Below are positions 39,442-49,605 of a DNA stretch of 64,000 nucleotides, piece by piece. This stretch comes from Nitrososphaerota archaeon (GTDB taxonomy: Archaea > Thermoproteota > Nitrososphaeria_A > Caldarchaeales > Calditenuaceae). The notes beneath the pieces are model-generated. The model saw only the letters and a program-made list of their open reading frames with translations, searched no databases and was not told the origin of the DNA. The position numbers and the translations under genes are program-made. Positions within the stretch are counted from its first letter, which is position 1; every line of letters starts with the position of its first letter. Location of the stretch: assembly GCA_041641295.1 (NCBI GenBank), contig JBEPYO010000001.1, positions 64,001 through 128,000 of the forward strand, given 5' to 3'.

Positions 39442-40170
39442 TTGAAGATATTGGTGGGGTGTTGTGGATTTACAAAGTCCATGACCGCATACATGAAGGA
39501 GTACAGGCTTGTCGAGCTCCAGACAACTTTTTACAGAGTCGTGAAACTCGAGACAGCCCGAAAGTGGCGAAACCAAGCCCCCGAAGACTTCCTCTTCACC
39601 GTTAAGGCGTTTCAAGGCATAACTCACCCACCCTCAAGCCCAACTTGGCGTCGATCAAATATCAAGCCAACAAAAAATCACGGCAGCCTGCAACCCACCA
39701 AAGAAGTCTACGAGTCTTGGAAGATTACGAAGACCATTTGCGACGAGTTGAGGTCGCCCTTCTGCCTTATTCAGACCCCTAGCTCGTTCAGGGATACTCC
39801 AGAGAATGTGCGGAATGCCGAGACTTTCTTCTCGAATGTGGAGCGAGGGGCGTTTGACATCGGGTTTGAGGCTAGGGGATGGTCGCTAGACGCAATAGCT
39901 AAGATATGTAAAAAGGCTAGACTCGTCCATGTGACTGATCCATTCCTCCAAGACCCGGTTACCCTAGGTAAACATAGGACAGTGTATCTGAGGCTTCACG
40001 GTAGCCCGCCTGGGAAATCCATGTACAACTACTCTTATACCGACGACGACTTGGCAGCTCTATACAGGAAGATTAAGGGGTATGATGGCGATGTGATCTA
40101 TGTGTTATTTAACAACGTTAGCATGGAGAGGGACTCTAAACGCTTCATGAAACTTGTCCTCAGCTCTTAA
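39442..40170 (+). CDS. DUF72 family protein (TIM barrel)
   Basis: VGCCGF, VELQTTFY, FTVKAFQGITH, YLRLHG, YVLFNN. Confidence 0.9.
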   Translation: MKILVGCCGFTKSMTAYMKEYRLVELQTTFYRVVKLETARKWRNQAPEDFLFTVKAFQGITHPPSSPTWRRSNIKPTKNHGSLQPTKEVYESWKITKTICDELRSPFCLIQTPSSFRDTPENVRNAETFFSNVERGAFDIGFEARGWSLDAIAKICKKARLVHVTDPFLQDPVTLGKHRTVYLRLHGSPPGKSMYNYSYTDDDLAALYRKIKGYDGDVIYVLFNNVSMERDSKRFMKLVLSS

Positions 40171-40939
40171 GCTCCTCAGAGTGCTCCCAGAGCATGTTGA
40201 AGTAGAGCTGTGCAATGGCTGTCAGGGAGAGGTGCGCTGAGTAAATCGCTACTTGGGGACGGTTCTCTCCACTCGCTAGGAGCAGCAGCACAGCCTCCGA
40301 CACATCGTTAATCACCCCACCCGCGAATGAGATCTCCCTCACTCTAACCTCCGCCAACGAGGACAGCGTCTTCACAACCTTCCCCACCGCCTGAGGCCCC
40401 ACCAGCACTCTCACCACCCCTCGCCTCTCCTTTATCAGTGAGGCGGTAGAGATCAAGAGCTGCTGTATTTCTGGAGGGATTATGGGTAGGACAATTGAGA
40501 GCTGCTTGTTGGCCCGTCCCATAACATCTTTTACGCTCCTCCAGAGTGAGGCCTCTCCCCTGATTATCCATAGGTCGGGACGCTCAGGTCCCGTTCCCTC
40601 ATATATTTGGGTCAGGGCTGAGACGAATACCTCTAGGTCTGACTTGAGATCATTCTCAATTGACGCCCTGATAGCCTCGGAGGCGACCTGTGGATGCTCA
40701 GGAATATATCTCATGGGGCGCCCTCTCTCAACCTTTACAAGGCCCTTCCGCTCGAGAGACTTGAGGGTCTCGTATATCTTTGAGATAGGGATTTGGGCTG
40801 CGGCACTAATCTCGCTTGCAGACCCGCTACGCCGCTTGAGAAGTGCGATATACGCCTTGACCTCGTACTCGGAAAGCCCCAGCCTTTTTATGGCAGCCCA
40901 TGTCTTCTCGTCGAGCGCCACGAAGGACCTATCGCTCAA
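40160..40939 (-). CDS. TrmB-family transcriptional regulator
   Basis: LGLSEYEVKAYIALL, IPISKIYETLKSLERKGLV. Confidence 0.9.
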   Translation of the reverse strand: MSDRSFVALDEKTWAAIKRLGLSEYEVKAYIALLKRRSGSASEISAAAQIPISKIYETLKSLERKGLVKVERGRPMRYIPEHPQVASEAIRASIENDLKSDLEVFVSALTQIYEGTGPERPDLWIIRGEASLWRSVKDVMGRANKQLSIVLPIIPPEIQQLLISTASLIKERRGVVRVLVGPQAVGKVVKTLSSLAEVRVREISFAGGVINDVSEAVLLLLASGENRPQVAIYSAHLSLTAIAQLYFNMLWEHSEELKS

Positions 40940-41044
40940 CCTTTAAAGAGCCTGTGCAATTGGGCTATTAAGGATGTTGTAGGCCCCACACTATGTAGAT
41001 GAAGCGTGTTTAGAGATCTTTTTAAAACCTTTAACGGCGGGGAA

Positions 41045-41884
41045 CTAAACTAGTATGCTCCAGCCATCACCAAGCATCGATACGACCTCCTCAAACATGG
41101 CCTGATTCCTCCAGATGATGATTCCGTAACGCGACTGGCTATCCAGCCTCTCGTCGAGTAGAGGTTTGGGGCATGAGGCGCTCCTACAGCCCATACCCAT
41201 GGCAAAATACAGCGCAGGCATAATGTCCATCATCCTCAGCTCCGGTGTCAGACACAGGTATCCATCGACGCGCCCCACCGATGCGTAGCACATTTCAAGA
41301 AGCGCCGAGCCCATCACCCTAAAGAATCGAAGCCGCTCAGCTATCCTGATCGATAATTCTTGCGACCTCACATTCCTCTTAAAAGATGCGTGGTGAAAGA
41401 AAACAGCAGCCCTGCCTTTATCCCCTTGAGCAGCCTTTGAAAGGTCTGAGGATTCCCTGTGAGACACGTACTCCTCTTCCCTTATGAAGATCTCTCCGGT
41501 GGCATGGTCTATCACCCCTGATGAGACAACATCCCTCGCAAAGGGCCCCCGCGCTATTGCAATCCCAGAGGAGTAAAAGCTGATACCTCTCGACATGTTT
41601 GCGCTACCATCAACGGGGTCAATGAGGGCCCAGTACTCAGGCTCGCCTACCCCCTCCCAAGAGAGGCCCATCTCCTCCGAGACAATGGCTACACTGCCTA
41701 GACGAGACTTTAACACCTCGACAATCGCCCTCTCGCATACCAAGTCACCCCTATAGGAGATGTCGCCATAGTATCCCCGCCCCATCGGCTCACCTACGAC
41801 CCCTCTGCCAACCGTGTCCAGCAGCGCATCCCTCGCAGCCCGCAGCGCCTCGCTTACGACACCCCTCAGCAAACCCCCCAGCAA
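41045..41884 (-). CDS. Inositol monophosphatase / FBPase family protein
   Basis: IVSEE, IDPVDGSAN, RVMGSALLE. Confidence 0.85.
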   Translation of the reverse strand: MLGGLLRGVVSEALRAARDALLDTVGRGVVGEPMGRGYYGDISYRGDLVCERAIVEVLKSRLGSVAIVSEEMGLSWEGVGEPEYWALIDPVDGSANMSRGISFYSSGIAIARGPFARDVVSSGVIDHATGEIFIREEEYVSHRESSDLSKAAQGDKGRAAVFFHHASFKRNVRSQELSIRIAERLRFFRVMGSALLEMCYASVGRVDGYLCLTPELRMMDIMPALYFAMGMGCRSASCPKPLLDERLDSQSRYGIIIWRNQAMFEEVVSMLGDGWSILV

Positions 41885-41913
41885 CTCAACACCAGATAGC
41901 AGCTATTATACCC

Positions 41914-42189
41914 TTAACCAGTCCCTGAAAGTCTAAGAGACCTCTTACCCGCACTCACAAGCTCAGGATAACGCCTAGCCAGCTCAGACTCAACAATCCT
42001 CGCAACCTCATCGCTAATGCTAAACCTAGGGGTCACGTTCTTCAGATAGTTAAGCACAAGAGAGCTCAGCGGCGAATAAAAAGTAATCCTCGGCTGACGC
42101 CTCGCAGCCTGCCTCGCCAAAACAAGAGCCTTCTTATCCACCACAATCCTCCTCTTCTGGGCAACCCGACCCTTCCCCACCATAGCCAC
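41914..42189 (-). CDS. Small basic protein with ribbon-helix-helix-like pattern
   Basis: beta (PRITFYS), helix (PLSSLVLNYLK), turn, helix (SISDEVARIVESELARRY); upstream GGTGA SD and TTTTAA box. Confidence 0.6.
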   Translation of the reverse strand: MAMVGKGRVAQKRRIVVDKKALVLARQAARRQPRITFYSPLSSLVLNYLKNVTPRFSISDEVARIVESELARRYPELVSAGKRSLRLSGTG

Positions 42190-42218
42190 TCACCAACAAA
42201 CACAGCAAACCCGGTTAA

Positions 42219-42514
42219 AAGGTTTACCTTACAAGATAAAACAATCACAGAAAAATTTGAGATACGATTCCATGTACATATTCCACCACCGATCCGTTTT
42301 GTGGCACACTTTTTGTCTCGGAGATGCGCCGAATAGACCCAGTTTTCCAGATTGAGTGGGTGGTAAATCAAAAAGTTCTGAGATGTTGGCGGTTGACCTG
42401 TATATAAAGGGGATGGGTTATCAGGTGTTTTCAATTATTTCTGAATTGTTGGGCAGGCTTTGTTGTTCTGAGAGATTGGTTGTGATTGGTGTAAGGTTTA
42501 CCTTGTAAGGTTTA
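42219..42514. repeat. Palindromic AAGGTTTACCTT motif at 42219-42230 and 42493-42504, within larger imperfect inverted repeats
   Basis: Left ACCTTACAAGATAAAACAATCACA vs right TGTGATTG..TTTACCTTGTAAGGT; tandem GTAAGGTTTA at 42491 and 42505. Confidence 0.75.
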
Positions 42515-42725
42515 TGTTTTAACATTCTTGCTTTTTTATGGCCAATCCTTGTGGGGGCTCTTTAGGTGTGTGGAGGTGGGAGTGAAAACCGTATTTTTTA
42601 GGTGATTAACGTATTTTTTTGATAAAAATCGGCTTCATGTGCGGGCGCCTCGGCGGGCTCAATGTCTGGCCTGATACGTGGGTTCAACAACTTTATCAAT
42701 ATGTTTTACAGCGAATCCTTGAGAA

Positions 42726-43124
42726 ATGCAGGTAGAGCAAAAATCGGAAGTTGGAGTAGTAGGGAAGCACGTCTACGGTAACTTATATGACTGCGATCCA
42801 GAAGTATTGGGCGACCTTAAGCTGTTGAAGAAGCTGGTATCTGAGGCCTCCAAGATTGCCAAAATGACGCTGGTCGAGTTGAGGGGGTGGAGGTTTGGCG
42901 GTGAGAAGGGGGGAGTCTCCGTGATAGCCTTGGTGGTGGAGAGCCACCTAGCCCTCCACACGTGGCCGGGCTATAGGTATGCTACGCTGGACATATTCAC
43001 ATGTGGAGATAAAAGCGACCCCTTCAAGGCCTTTGATTACCTATGTGAGGCTCTTAAGCCTGGCAGTGTCTCTAAGCACTATGCTGACCGGTCTTCAGAT
43101 AGGCAGCAAGCAGCCGTTCCTTGA
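42726..43124 (+). CDS. Pyruvoyl-dependent SpeD-family decarboxylase proenzyme, crenarchaeal arginine decarboxylase type
   Basis: [27 protein letters not shown] cleavage site, HTWP, TCG, YADRSS. Confidence 0.85.
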   Translation: MQVEQKSEVGVVGKHVYGNLYDCDPEVLGDLKLLKKLVSEASKIAKMTLVELRGWRFGGEKGGVSVIALVVESHLALHTWPGYRYATLDIFTCGDKSDPFKAFDYLCEALKPGSVSKHYADRSSDRQQAAVP

Positions 43125-43187
43125 GGAGTGTATTGCCCGTCGGATGTGGGCTTAGGGTTAATTTAGGAGCGATGTATTGGGTTTTGC

Positions 43188-43724
43188 ATGATACTCTCCG
43201 ACTTTGATCTCTGGAACTATATACGTAGTGGGAGGCTTAGGGTGGAGCCTCTCAGCGAAGACATCGTGAGAGAGAATGGGCTCGACCTACGCATCGGCTT
43301 TGAGATTGGGAGGTTGAAGAAGACTCAGATGGTCTTAGACCCCCAAGAAAATAGCCCCGAAGACTTCTACATAATAGAGAGGGGGGACACGTTCCTGATA
43401 AACCCCCACGAGCACGTCTTGTTACACACAATCGAATATCTGTCCCTTCCCAAGGATATCATGGGGTTCGTAAACTTGAGGAGTAGCTATGCGCGTCTAG
43501 GACTGTCACTCCCACCCACAATTGTTGACGCTAATTTCGAGGGGCAGTTGACGATCGAGATGATAGGGAGCGAGTTCCCAGTAAAGCTAAGAGCCGGGGA
43601 GAGGTTCATCCACCTTGTATTCGCCAAGCTTACTTCAGAGGTGGAGAAGCCCTACAGGGGCAAGTACCAGGGTCAGCGGGGTGTAAGGCTGCCACAGTTT
43701 GACAGGCTGGCGCCTCCTAGATAG
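43188..43724 (+). CDS. dcd: dCTP deaminase
   Basis: [40 protein letters not shown]. Confidence 0.93.
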   Translation: MILSDFDLWNYIRSGRLRVEPLSEDIVRENGLDLRIGFEIGRLKKTQMVLDPQENSPEDFYIIERGDTFLINPHEHVLLHTIEYLSLPKDIMGFVNLRSSYARLGLSLPPTIVDANFEGQLTIEMIGSEFPVKLRAGERFIHLVFAKLTSEVEKPYRGKYQGQRGVRLPQFDRLAPPR

Positions 43725-44499
43725 TTAACTCGGTGCAGTCCCTCGCGACTACCACCTTACACCTATAACTCTGCTCCAGCGCCTGCACTATCCTATACTC
43801 CTCATGATCCCAGACAGGGTAGAGATGTGTCACAACTACGGTCTTAGGCTTCACGCGAGCCACTATTTGCGCAAGCTCCAGTTCAGATACATGCTGCCCC
43901 ACCAGCCTTTCATGGGGGAACGAACACTCGTGAACAAGCACGTCCACTCCATCAGCAAGTTTAACCAAATTCTCGCTGAATTTAGTATCACCTGAAAAGA
44001 CGAGTGAGGCTCCTTGGTATTCTAGCCGATAGGCTACCCCGCCATCATGGGCGACCGGCGCCGAGGTTAGGCGAATTCCTTCAAACTCGAAAACTCGCCA
44101 CGGCTCAACCTCCTCTATATCAACATACGACTCATACCTCATCAGCGTCTTCAAATACGAGAAGAACTCGTTGTTGTCTATGAGGATCTCTAAGAACCTT
44201 TTAAGCCCCCTCGGCCCGAAGATTCTTAACTTCTGCGGGGATTTATTGGGGAGCCCCTCTGGGGTGAATGCGCGGAGCTTCAACAGGGGGAAGATGTCTG
44301 ATACGTGGTCGATGTGGAAGTGTGTGAGAAGAACGGCCGTCAGCTTAAAGGGGGACAGTGACAAGTTCCTCATCTTCTCGAGGACTCCCGGCCCGCAATC
44401 AAGTAGGAGCCTGCTCTCTCCAGCCTCGACATAGTGTCCGGAGCCAAATCTGCTAGGGGTAGGAACTATTGAGCCTGCCCCCAATACGATGAGCTTCAA
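43717..44499 (-). CDS. MBL-fold metallo-hydrolase (RNase Z/AtsA-like)
   Basis: LLDCG, THFHIDH, FSGDT, HEC, THLY. Confidence 0.85.
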   Translation of the reverse strand: MKLIVLGAGSIVPTPSRFGSGHYVEAGESRLLLDCGPGVLEKMRNLSLSPFKLTAVLLTHFHIDHVSDIFPLLKLRAFTPEGLPNKSPQKLRIFGPRGLKRFLEILIDNNEFFSYLKTLMRYESYVDIEEVEPWRVFEFEGIRLTSAPVAHDGGVAYRLEYQGASLVFSGDTKFSENLVKLADGVDVLVHECSFPHERLVGQHVSELELAQIVARVKPKTVVVTHLYPVWDHEEYRIVQALEQSYRCKVVVARDCTELTI

Positions 44500-44945
44500 C
44501 CGTCCACTTCACCCTTTATTTTTGAGACCACTCTTATACCTTCGATGAAGGTGGTTGGATACTGTCCATTCTCATCCTTCTCATATTGCTTAACCACGTC
44601 CCAGATGTTGAGTAGGGCTGTTGCCACTGCGGTAAGGGCCTCCATTTCCACACCAGTTTTTTCATGAGTCTTCACCCTTGCCCTGACACCGATTCGTTGA
44701 GCCTCCTTCTCGACCCATGCATCTAACTCGACTGCCTCTATCCGGATATTATGGCAGAGTGGTAGTAGCTGTGGAGTAGTTTTCGCACCCATAACCCCGG
44801 CGAGCCTAGCTATGGTGAGGGGATCACCCTTCTCAACCTGGCCTGAGAGAATCTTCTCAATAGTCTCCCTACGAAGCCTGATATAGCCCTCTGCTATCGC
44901 CTCACGATAAGCTACAGGCTTGTCCCCCACATAAATCTGCCTCAA
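44496..44945 (-). CDS. moaC: Cyclic pyranopterin monophosphate synthase
   Basis: LLPLCH, KTGVEMEALTA, IWDVVKQYEKD. Confidence 0.95.
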   Translation of the reverse strand: MRQIYVGDKPVAYREAIAEGYIRLRRETIEKILSGQVEKGDPLTIARLAGVMGAKTTPQLLPLCHNIRIEAVELDAWVEKEAQRIGVRARVKTHEKTGVEMEALTAVATALLNIWDVVKQYEKDENGQYPTTFIEGIRVVSKIKGEVDG

Positions 44946-44989
44946 TGCCAGAGACTAAACCCATCTACCTGCTTAAAGACTTTCTGAAC

Positions 44990-45712
44990 TTAGCCCTTCA
45001 ACGCGGACCGTCTCAAAAGCTGTATCGCGAGGGCGGGGTCAACTCCTTTTGGGCATACTGCGCTGCAAGAACCTGCGAAGTGGCATCTCCAAACGCCTTC
45101 AAACCTGTCTACGAGTCGGACCCTCTCTTCACCACCTTCGTCTCTGCTGTCGGCGTAATATCTGTAGGCTTTCATGAGGGGCTGTGGCCCGTAGAAATCT
45201 GGGAAAGTAGAGACTACTGGGCAGGCCGAGTAGCAGAGCCCACACTGGATACAGTATGTGAATTGGAGGTATCTCTCCAGCTCCTCCTCACTTTGAAGAT
45301 ACTGCTTAGTTGGATTCTCCTGCTCTACGGTATCACGTCTAATAAGCCAAGTCATCAAGGCCTTTTGCTTTCTGAATAGAGGCGTCATATCGGTTACAAG
45401 GTCTTTTACGAGGGGGTAGTTACGCATAGGCTCAACCCTTATCGTTCTTCGCCTAAGCTCTAGAACCTGCGTGTGGCATGCCAGTGTCTCCACTCCGTTA
45501 ACCCTCACGCCGCATGAACCGCATATCGCCATCCTACAAGAGTATCTTACCGAAAGCGTGGGGTCTATATTCTCTTTTATGTAGATGAGGCCGTCGAGAA
45601 TTGTCATGCCTTTCTTTACCGGGACTTCATACTCCTTGTAGAAGCCTCTTCCCCCGTCCTCTGGCCGGTACCTAAACACCCTAAACTTAACCTTCTCCAC
45701 CAACTCCCTCAC
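44990..45712 (-). CDS. sdhB: Succinate dehydrogenase/fumarate reductase iron-sulfur subunit
   Basis: SCRMAICGSC, CIQCGLCYSACP, CHFAGSCSAVCP; GTG start at 45712 overlapping the upstream stop. Confidence 0.93.
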   Translation of the reverse strand: MRELVEKVKFRVFRYRPEDGGRGFYKEYEVPVKKGMTILDGLIYIKENIDPTLSVRYSCRMAICGSCGVRVNGVETLACHTQVLELRRRTIRVEPMRNYPLVKDLVTDMTPLFRKQKALMTWLIRRDTVEQENPTKQYLQSEEELERYLQFTYCIQCGLCYSACPVVSTFPDFYGPQPLMKAYRYYADSRDEGGEERVRLVDRFEGVWRCHFAGSCSAVCPKGVDPALAIQLLRRSALKG

Positions 45713-46074
45713 ACCAGCGCATGTGCTATCAGTATAGTCCTTGTACCATATACCATTAAGAAAACGCCAACCGCGACTAAGAGGGCCTCTACCCACCTCT
45801 TCCTAGCGCCGATCAGCTCGGCGATGATCGTTCTCAGACCATTCATTGCGTGGACCGTAGTGCAGAGTAGGAGGCCGAATAGTGAGGCCGCCAATAAGGC
45901 ATTCCTATACACGGGCAATACTGCGTAGGGGATTGAGTCAAACCTGAGGGTTGTCTCCCAAATAGTGTCTTGGAGGGGATATGTGAAGAAGACCGTGGCG
46001 ATGTGTATCGAGCCGAAGACGAGAATCCCTATCCCAGTGATGTAGTGGAGTAGCATCAGATCGCGCTCTTTCAT
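45709..46074 (-). CDS. sdhD: Succinate dehydrogenase membrane anchor subunit
   Basis: 3 TM helices, H..TG, HAMNGLR. Confidence 0.75.
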   Translation of the reverse strand: MKERDLMLLHYITGIGILVFGSIHIATVFFTYPLQDTIWETTLRFDSIPYAVLPVYRNALLAASLFGLLLCTTVHAMNGLRTIIAELIGARKRWVEALLVAVGVFLMVYGTRTILIAHALV

Positions 46075-46562
46075 GGTCTAAACACCCTCGTGAGTGCGTC
46101 CAGAGTGTAAAGTAGAGCGAAGACGGCCAGGGATATGCTTAGCCAGAAAAGGGCCCTCTGCTTGGAGCTGAAGGAAGGAGGAGGTGTGAAGGGCTCCGGC
46201 CTCTTTGGGCGGCCCAGCGAAAAACCAAAATGGGCCAGTATTAGGCGGATGCCGTTTATCGTGTGGAAACCCACTAAAAATCCAATCACGGCAAGGCCCA
46301 CATCAAATATCGGGTTTTTCAGTAGTTTGACGGTCTCCTCATAAGCCCTCTCAGCAAAACTATATTCAGGGACACTCCAGACTGTAATTCCGCCGATAAA
46401 ATTACCAGTCTCTAACACATGGGCGATGAAATACAGAGAGACCACCACCCCGCTCACCCTTTGCAATACATAACTCCACCGTTCAAGACCGTATCTTCCA
46501 GGGATCAGCATTACCCTCAGTGATTGGATGACTGAGGATCTACTCACACCCCGAGCCAACAT
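46071..46562 (-). CDS. sdhC: Succinate dehydrogenase cytochrome b subunit
   Basis: LQRVSG, FIAHV, FHTINGIRLIL. Confidence 0.8.
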   Translation of the reverse strand: MLARGVSRSSVIQSLRVMLIPGRYGLERWSYVLQRVSGVVVSLYFIAHVLETGNFIGGITVWSVPEYSFAERAYEETVKLLKNPIFDVGLAVIGFLVGFHTINGIRLILAHFGFSLGRPKRPEPFTPPPSFSSKQRALFWLSISLAVFALLYTLDALTRVFRP

Positions 46563-46653
46563 TCCTAGTTCGTATCTAAGGCTTCAAAAATATTTTTCCA
46601 ACACGCAGCGCTGAATAGCTAAAATAACACTACCTCACACTCTTAATGGGGAG

Positions 46654-47493
46654 TTGGAGTCTTCCTTAAAGACAACCAGGCTAGTTATGGCCGTCGTAGA
46701 GATTAGGGATGAGACAGACGTGTGCAAAACCTACAAGTTTGTGAGCGCGCTCAACCAAGACATCTTCCCCTACCTGCCAGGCCAAGACGTAAAACTATAC
46801 TTCGACACCCCACTCAAGAAGAACGACTTTAGACTCTACTCGATAGCGTCCCCGCCCACCAGGAAAGGATACATGGAGCTGACAATTAAGAGCGAGCAAG
46901 GACAGTTTGCACCCTACTTTCTATCCCAAGCGAAGGTAGGCGACCAGTATGTTATCGAGGGCCCATACGGCCGTTTTCTGAGCAAACCACTCAAAATGAT
47001 TGAGAACAAGGAGCTCGACACACTAGTGTTCCTCGCGTCCTCGAGCGGCATAGTTCCCTTCCGCTGCTTCATAGAATACGCAATCGATACCGGGCTAGAC
47101 GTAGACATTTGGCTATTCTACGTAAACCGCACACGTAATGACTTGATCTACCGCCGCCTATTACCTACCCTAATGGAGCAGTACCCGAGACTCAGGCTGC
47201 TATTAAACTTCACTAGGGAGCATGAGATCGCTAAAACAGAGCTCTACGAATCGGTCTGTAATGTGAGGGATGAGATAAGGGACAGGGTTGATTTCCTGCT
47301 TGGTAGGCGGCTAGAGTTTAGCGATATCGCATCGAGGGTTGATAAGTGGAGGGATGCATGGTACGGGATATGCGGAGGAGCAAAGTTTATCGCGGGTGAT
47401 AGACAGCTGGGGCAGGACGGGATGATGCAGAAGATTGAGAAAGGTGGTGTTGAAAGGAGTAGAATCGAGATCGACTCCTATGGAACCAACTAA
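46654..47493 (+). CDS. FNR-like FAD/NAD(P)-binding oxidoreductase
   Basis: PGQ, RLYSIAS, GPYGRF, SSGIVPF, ICG. Confidence 0.85.
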   Translation: MESSLKTTRLVMAVVEIRDETDVCKTYKFVSALNQDIFPYLPGQDVKLYFDTPLKKNDFRLYSIASPPTRKGYMELTIKSEQGQFAPYFLSQAKVGDQYVIEGPYGRFLSKPLKMIENKELDTLVFLASSSGIVPFRCFIEYAIDTGLDVDIWLFYVNRTRNDLIYRRLLPTLMEQYPRLRLLLNFTREHEIAKTELYESVCNVRDEIRDRVDFLLGRRLEFSDIASRVDKWRDAWYGICGGAKFIAGDRQLGQDGMMQKIEKGGVERSRIEIDSYGTN

Positions 47494-47513
47494 AACGGCT
47501 TAGAGCGTATTTC

Positions 47514-48404
47514 TCATGCTGTAAGTCTTCCGTAAAGTGTTTTTATTCCCAACCAAGTCGATAATAGTTCCCCGAATAGATATGTTGCCGCGGCAGTCCC
47601 GAGTGTTAGCGCGATATTCGTTATGATTTCCTTACGAGAATCTACGTCTCGTACAACAGCCCCGTAATACGTAAAGCCGGCTATTAGAGTTATTGAAACG
47701 GCTATAGAGGCTGTAAAGGCGATGAATATGTCGGATGTCAAGAAGAATGGCAGGGCTTGGAGAATGACGGTTGAGATGTAGGTTATCCCAGTTAGTAATG
47801 CCGCCCTAAAAGGAACTATAGCTGGTGTTTGTTTTGCTTGAAGGTAGACAGCTACCCCCATTGATATTGAGGCTGCAAACCCGACGACAAGACCGGCCAT
47901 GCCCGCCAGAATGGTCACATTGGTGGCGCCCAAAAAGCCTGCATGAACCCCGCTGATCTCGATTATGGCGTCTGCGAGTCCTAAAACCACGTAGCCCAAG
48001 TATTTGATGATATTCTCTTCAATCTGTCCGATGAGCATTTTTTCATGCTCCTCTTCTTCCCTCATTATGTGGAAGAGTGTCTCCCTCTCCTTAGGGGGGA
48101 GGGCGTCGCTGAGCTCGCGATACCATCTTACAACCGACCTCTCGTGCCTTTCCAAGAGCCTTGTTATGAAGACTAGGCCCAGCAGTCTTCTGAGTGTTAT
48201 CATTAGTCCGATCCTAAGCCTTGAAGGGGGCTTAGGCTGATAATTTGTGAGTTGAAGCCAGAACATGTAGTGCTCGTATTCTTTTTTGGAGAGGTTTGAG
48301 AGTATCTCTCTACGGGTAGTATCCCTCTCTGCATCCGCGAGAGACCTATATATGACGTAGTCTTTGAATTCGTCTACAACATACTTCTTAAGCTCTGACT
48401 TCAA
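47514..48404 (-). CDS. Rubrerythrin/ferritin-like domain + VIT1/CCC1 membrane domain (MbfA-like iron exporter)
   Basis: EYEH and EEEH diiron motifs; VVLGLADAIIE, AASISMG. Confidence 0.85.
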   Translation of the reverse strand: MKSELKKYVVDEFKDYVIYRSLADAERDTTRREILSNLSKKEYEHYMFWLQLTNYQPKPPSRLRIGLMITLRRLLGLVFITRLLERHERSVVRWYRELSDALPPKERETLFHIMREEEEHEKMLIGQIEENIIKYLGYVVLGLADAIIEISGVHAGFLGATNVTILAGMAGLVVGFAASISMGVAVYLQAKQTPAIVPFRAALLTGITYISTVILQALPFFLTSDIFIAFTASIAVSITLIAGFTYYGAVVRDVDSRKEIITNIALTLGTAAATYLFGELLSTWLGIKTLYGRLTA

Positions 48405-48467
48405 CTATTTCTGAAAAGATGCGAGGTATAATTTTTATATTGCTTCCACAGATGAGCTGCTCAGAAG

Positions 48468-48926
48468 ATGCCTCACTGGGAGTACTCTGTGAAAGGACTT
48501 GACCCAGCTACGTCGGTCAAAGCCTCTCTTAGGGAGGTTGATTTATCTCCTAAGTGGAGTCGGGAGGTCTGTGCCGCAATAAAGGGGCTGAAGCTCAAAG
48601 AAGCCAGGAGGCTTCTTGAGGACGTGGTGAAGAGGAAGAGGATGATACCATACCGGCGATATAGGAAGCTGAGGGCGCATCACTCCCAGACAAAAGGGCC
48701 TGGCGGATATCCCGTCAAGGTTGCCAAGCATCTACTAAAGCTCTTAGACTCTCTAGAAGCTAACGCCGAGTTCAAAGGCCTAGACACTGACAGGCTAGTG
48801 CTGGTGCACGCTCAGGCTCATAAGGCCAGGGTGATCAAGAAGTTTTTCCCGAGGGCCTTCGGCAGGGCGACACCACATAACAGGACATTTGTTCACATCG
48901 AGGTTGCGGCGGTCCAAGCGCCTTGA
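48468..48926 (+). CDS. rpl22: 50S ribosomal protein L22
   Basis: SPKWSREVC, GGYPVK, NAEFKGLD, PRAFGRA. Confidence 0.96.
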   Translation: MPHWEYSVKGLDPATSVKASLREVDLSPKWSREVCAAIKGLKLKEARRLLEDVVKRKRMIPYRRYRKLRAHHSQTKGPGGYPVKVAKHLLKLLDSLEANAEFKGLDTDRLVLVHAQAHKARVIKKFFPRAFGRATPHNRTFVHIEVAAVQAP

Positions 48927-48981
48927 ACCTTTTCCCCGGGATCAATCCTTAAATAGAGTAGGAAATGCACAATGATGTAGA

Positions 48982-49605
48982 TTGGTCACTACAACGGCGA
49001 AGATCCTTCAGAAGAATATCAAGCGTGCTGAGGTAATAGAGTTTATCAAGAATCGTCTGAAGGACGCCCTTATTGGCGACGTGTCAATAACAACCTCACC
49101 GATTGGGACAAACATTATAATCTACTGCATGAAGCCCGGCCTCGTTATAGGGACACGAGGTAAAACGATAAAGTCTCTCCAAGAGGAGGTTGAGAAGAGG
49201 TTTGGTCTCGAGAATGTTCAGATTTCTGTCTCTGAGATTGAGGTCCCTGAGCTTAACCCTGAGGTTATGGCTCAGAGGATAGCTCAGGCCATTGCGAGCG
49301 GGGTTCGGTGGAGGAGAGTTGCCTTCTGGGCTCTAAGGAGGATAATGGACGCTGGGGCGATAGGCGCAGAGACGATAATATCTGGTAAGCTAACCTCGGC
49401 CCGTTCAAGGTCGGAGAAATTCACCGCCGGGCTTATGCCCAAGTCCGGCGAGTTTGCAAAATATGTTCGGGTGGGGGTAGCTCATGTCCAGCTTGCTACA
49501 GGAATATACGGCGTGAAGGTTAAAATATATCCGCCTGACGCCCCCCTGCCTGAACAAGTATCTGTATCTGTGAAAAAGGAAGCAGAGGAATCCGGTGGTG
49601 GGTGA
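48982..49605 (+). CDS. rps3: 30S ribosomal protein S3
   Basis: PGLVIGTRGK KH domain, IMDAGAIGAE, GIYGVKVKI. Confidence 0.96.
   Translation: MVTTTAKILQKNIKRAEVIEFIKNRLKDALIGDVSITTSPIGTNIIIYCMKPGLVIGTRGKTIKSLQEEVEKRFGLENVQISVSEIEVPELNPEVMAQRIAQAIASGVRWRRVAFWALRRIMDAGAIGAETIISGKLTSARSRSEKFTAGLMPKSGEFAKYVRVGVAHVQLATGIYGVKVKIYPPDAPLPEQVSVSVKKEAEESGGG

Noticed and set aside
42066-42434. 122-aa ORF across the AT-rich region
   Set aside because: No recognisable motifs, and it overlaps the better-supported 91-aa gene in another frame.
42219-42514. CRISPR array or IS element
   Set aside because: Only two short repeats, with no regular spacers, transposase or clear target-site duplication.
45713-45796. 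N-terminal extension of sdhB in the ORF track
   Set aside because: It overlaps sdhD; the GTG at 45712 coupled to the sdhD stop is more plausible.
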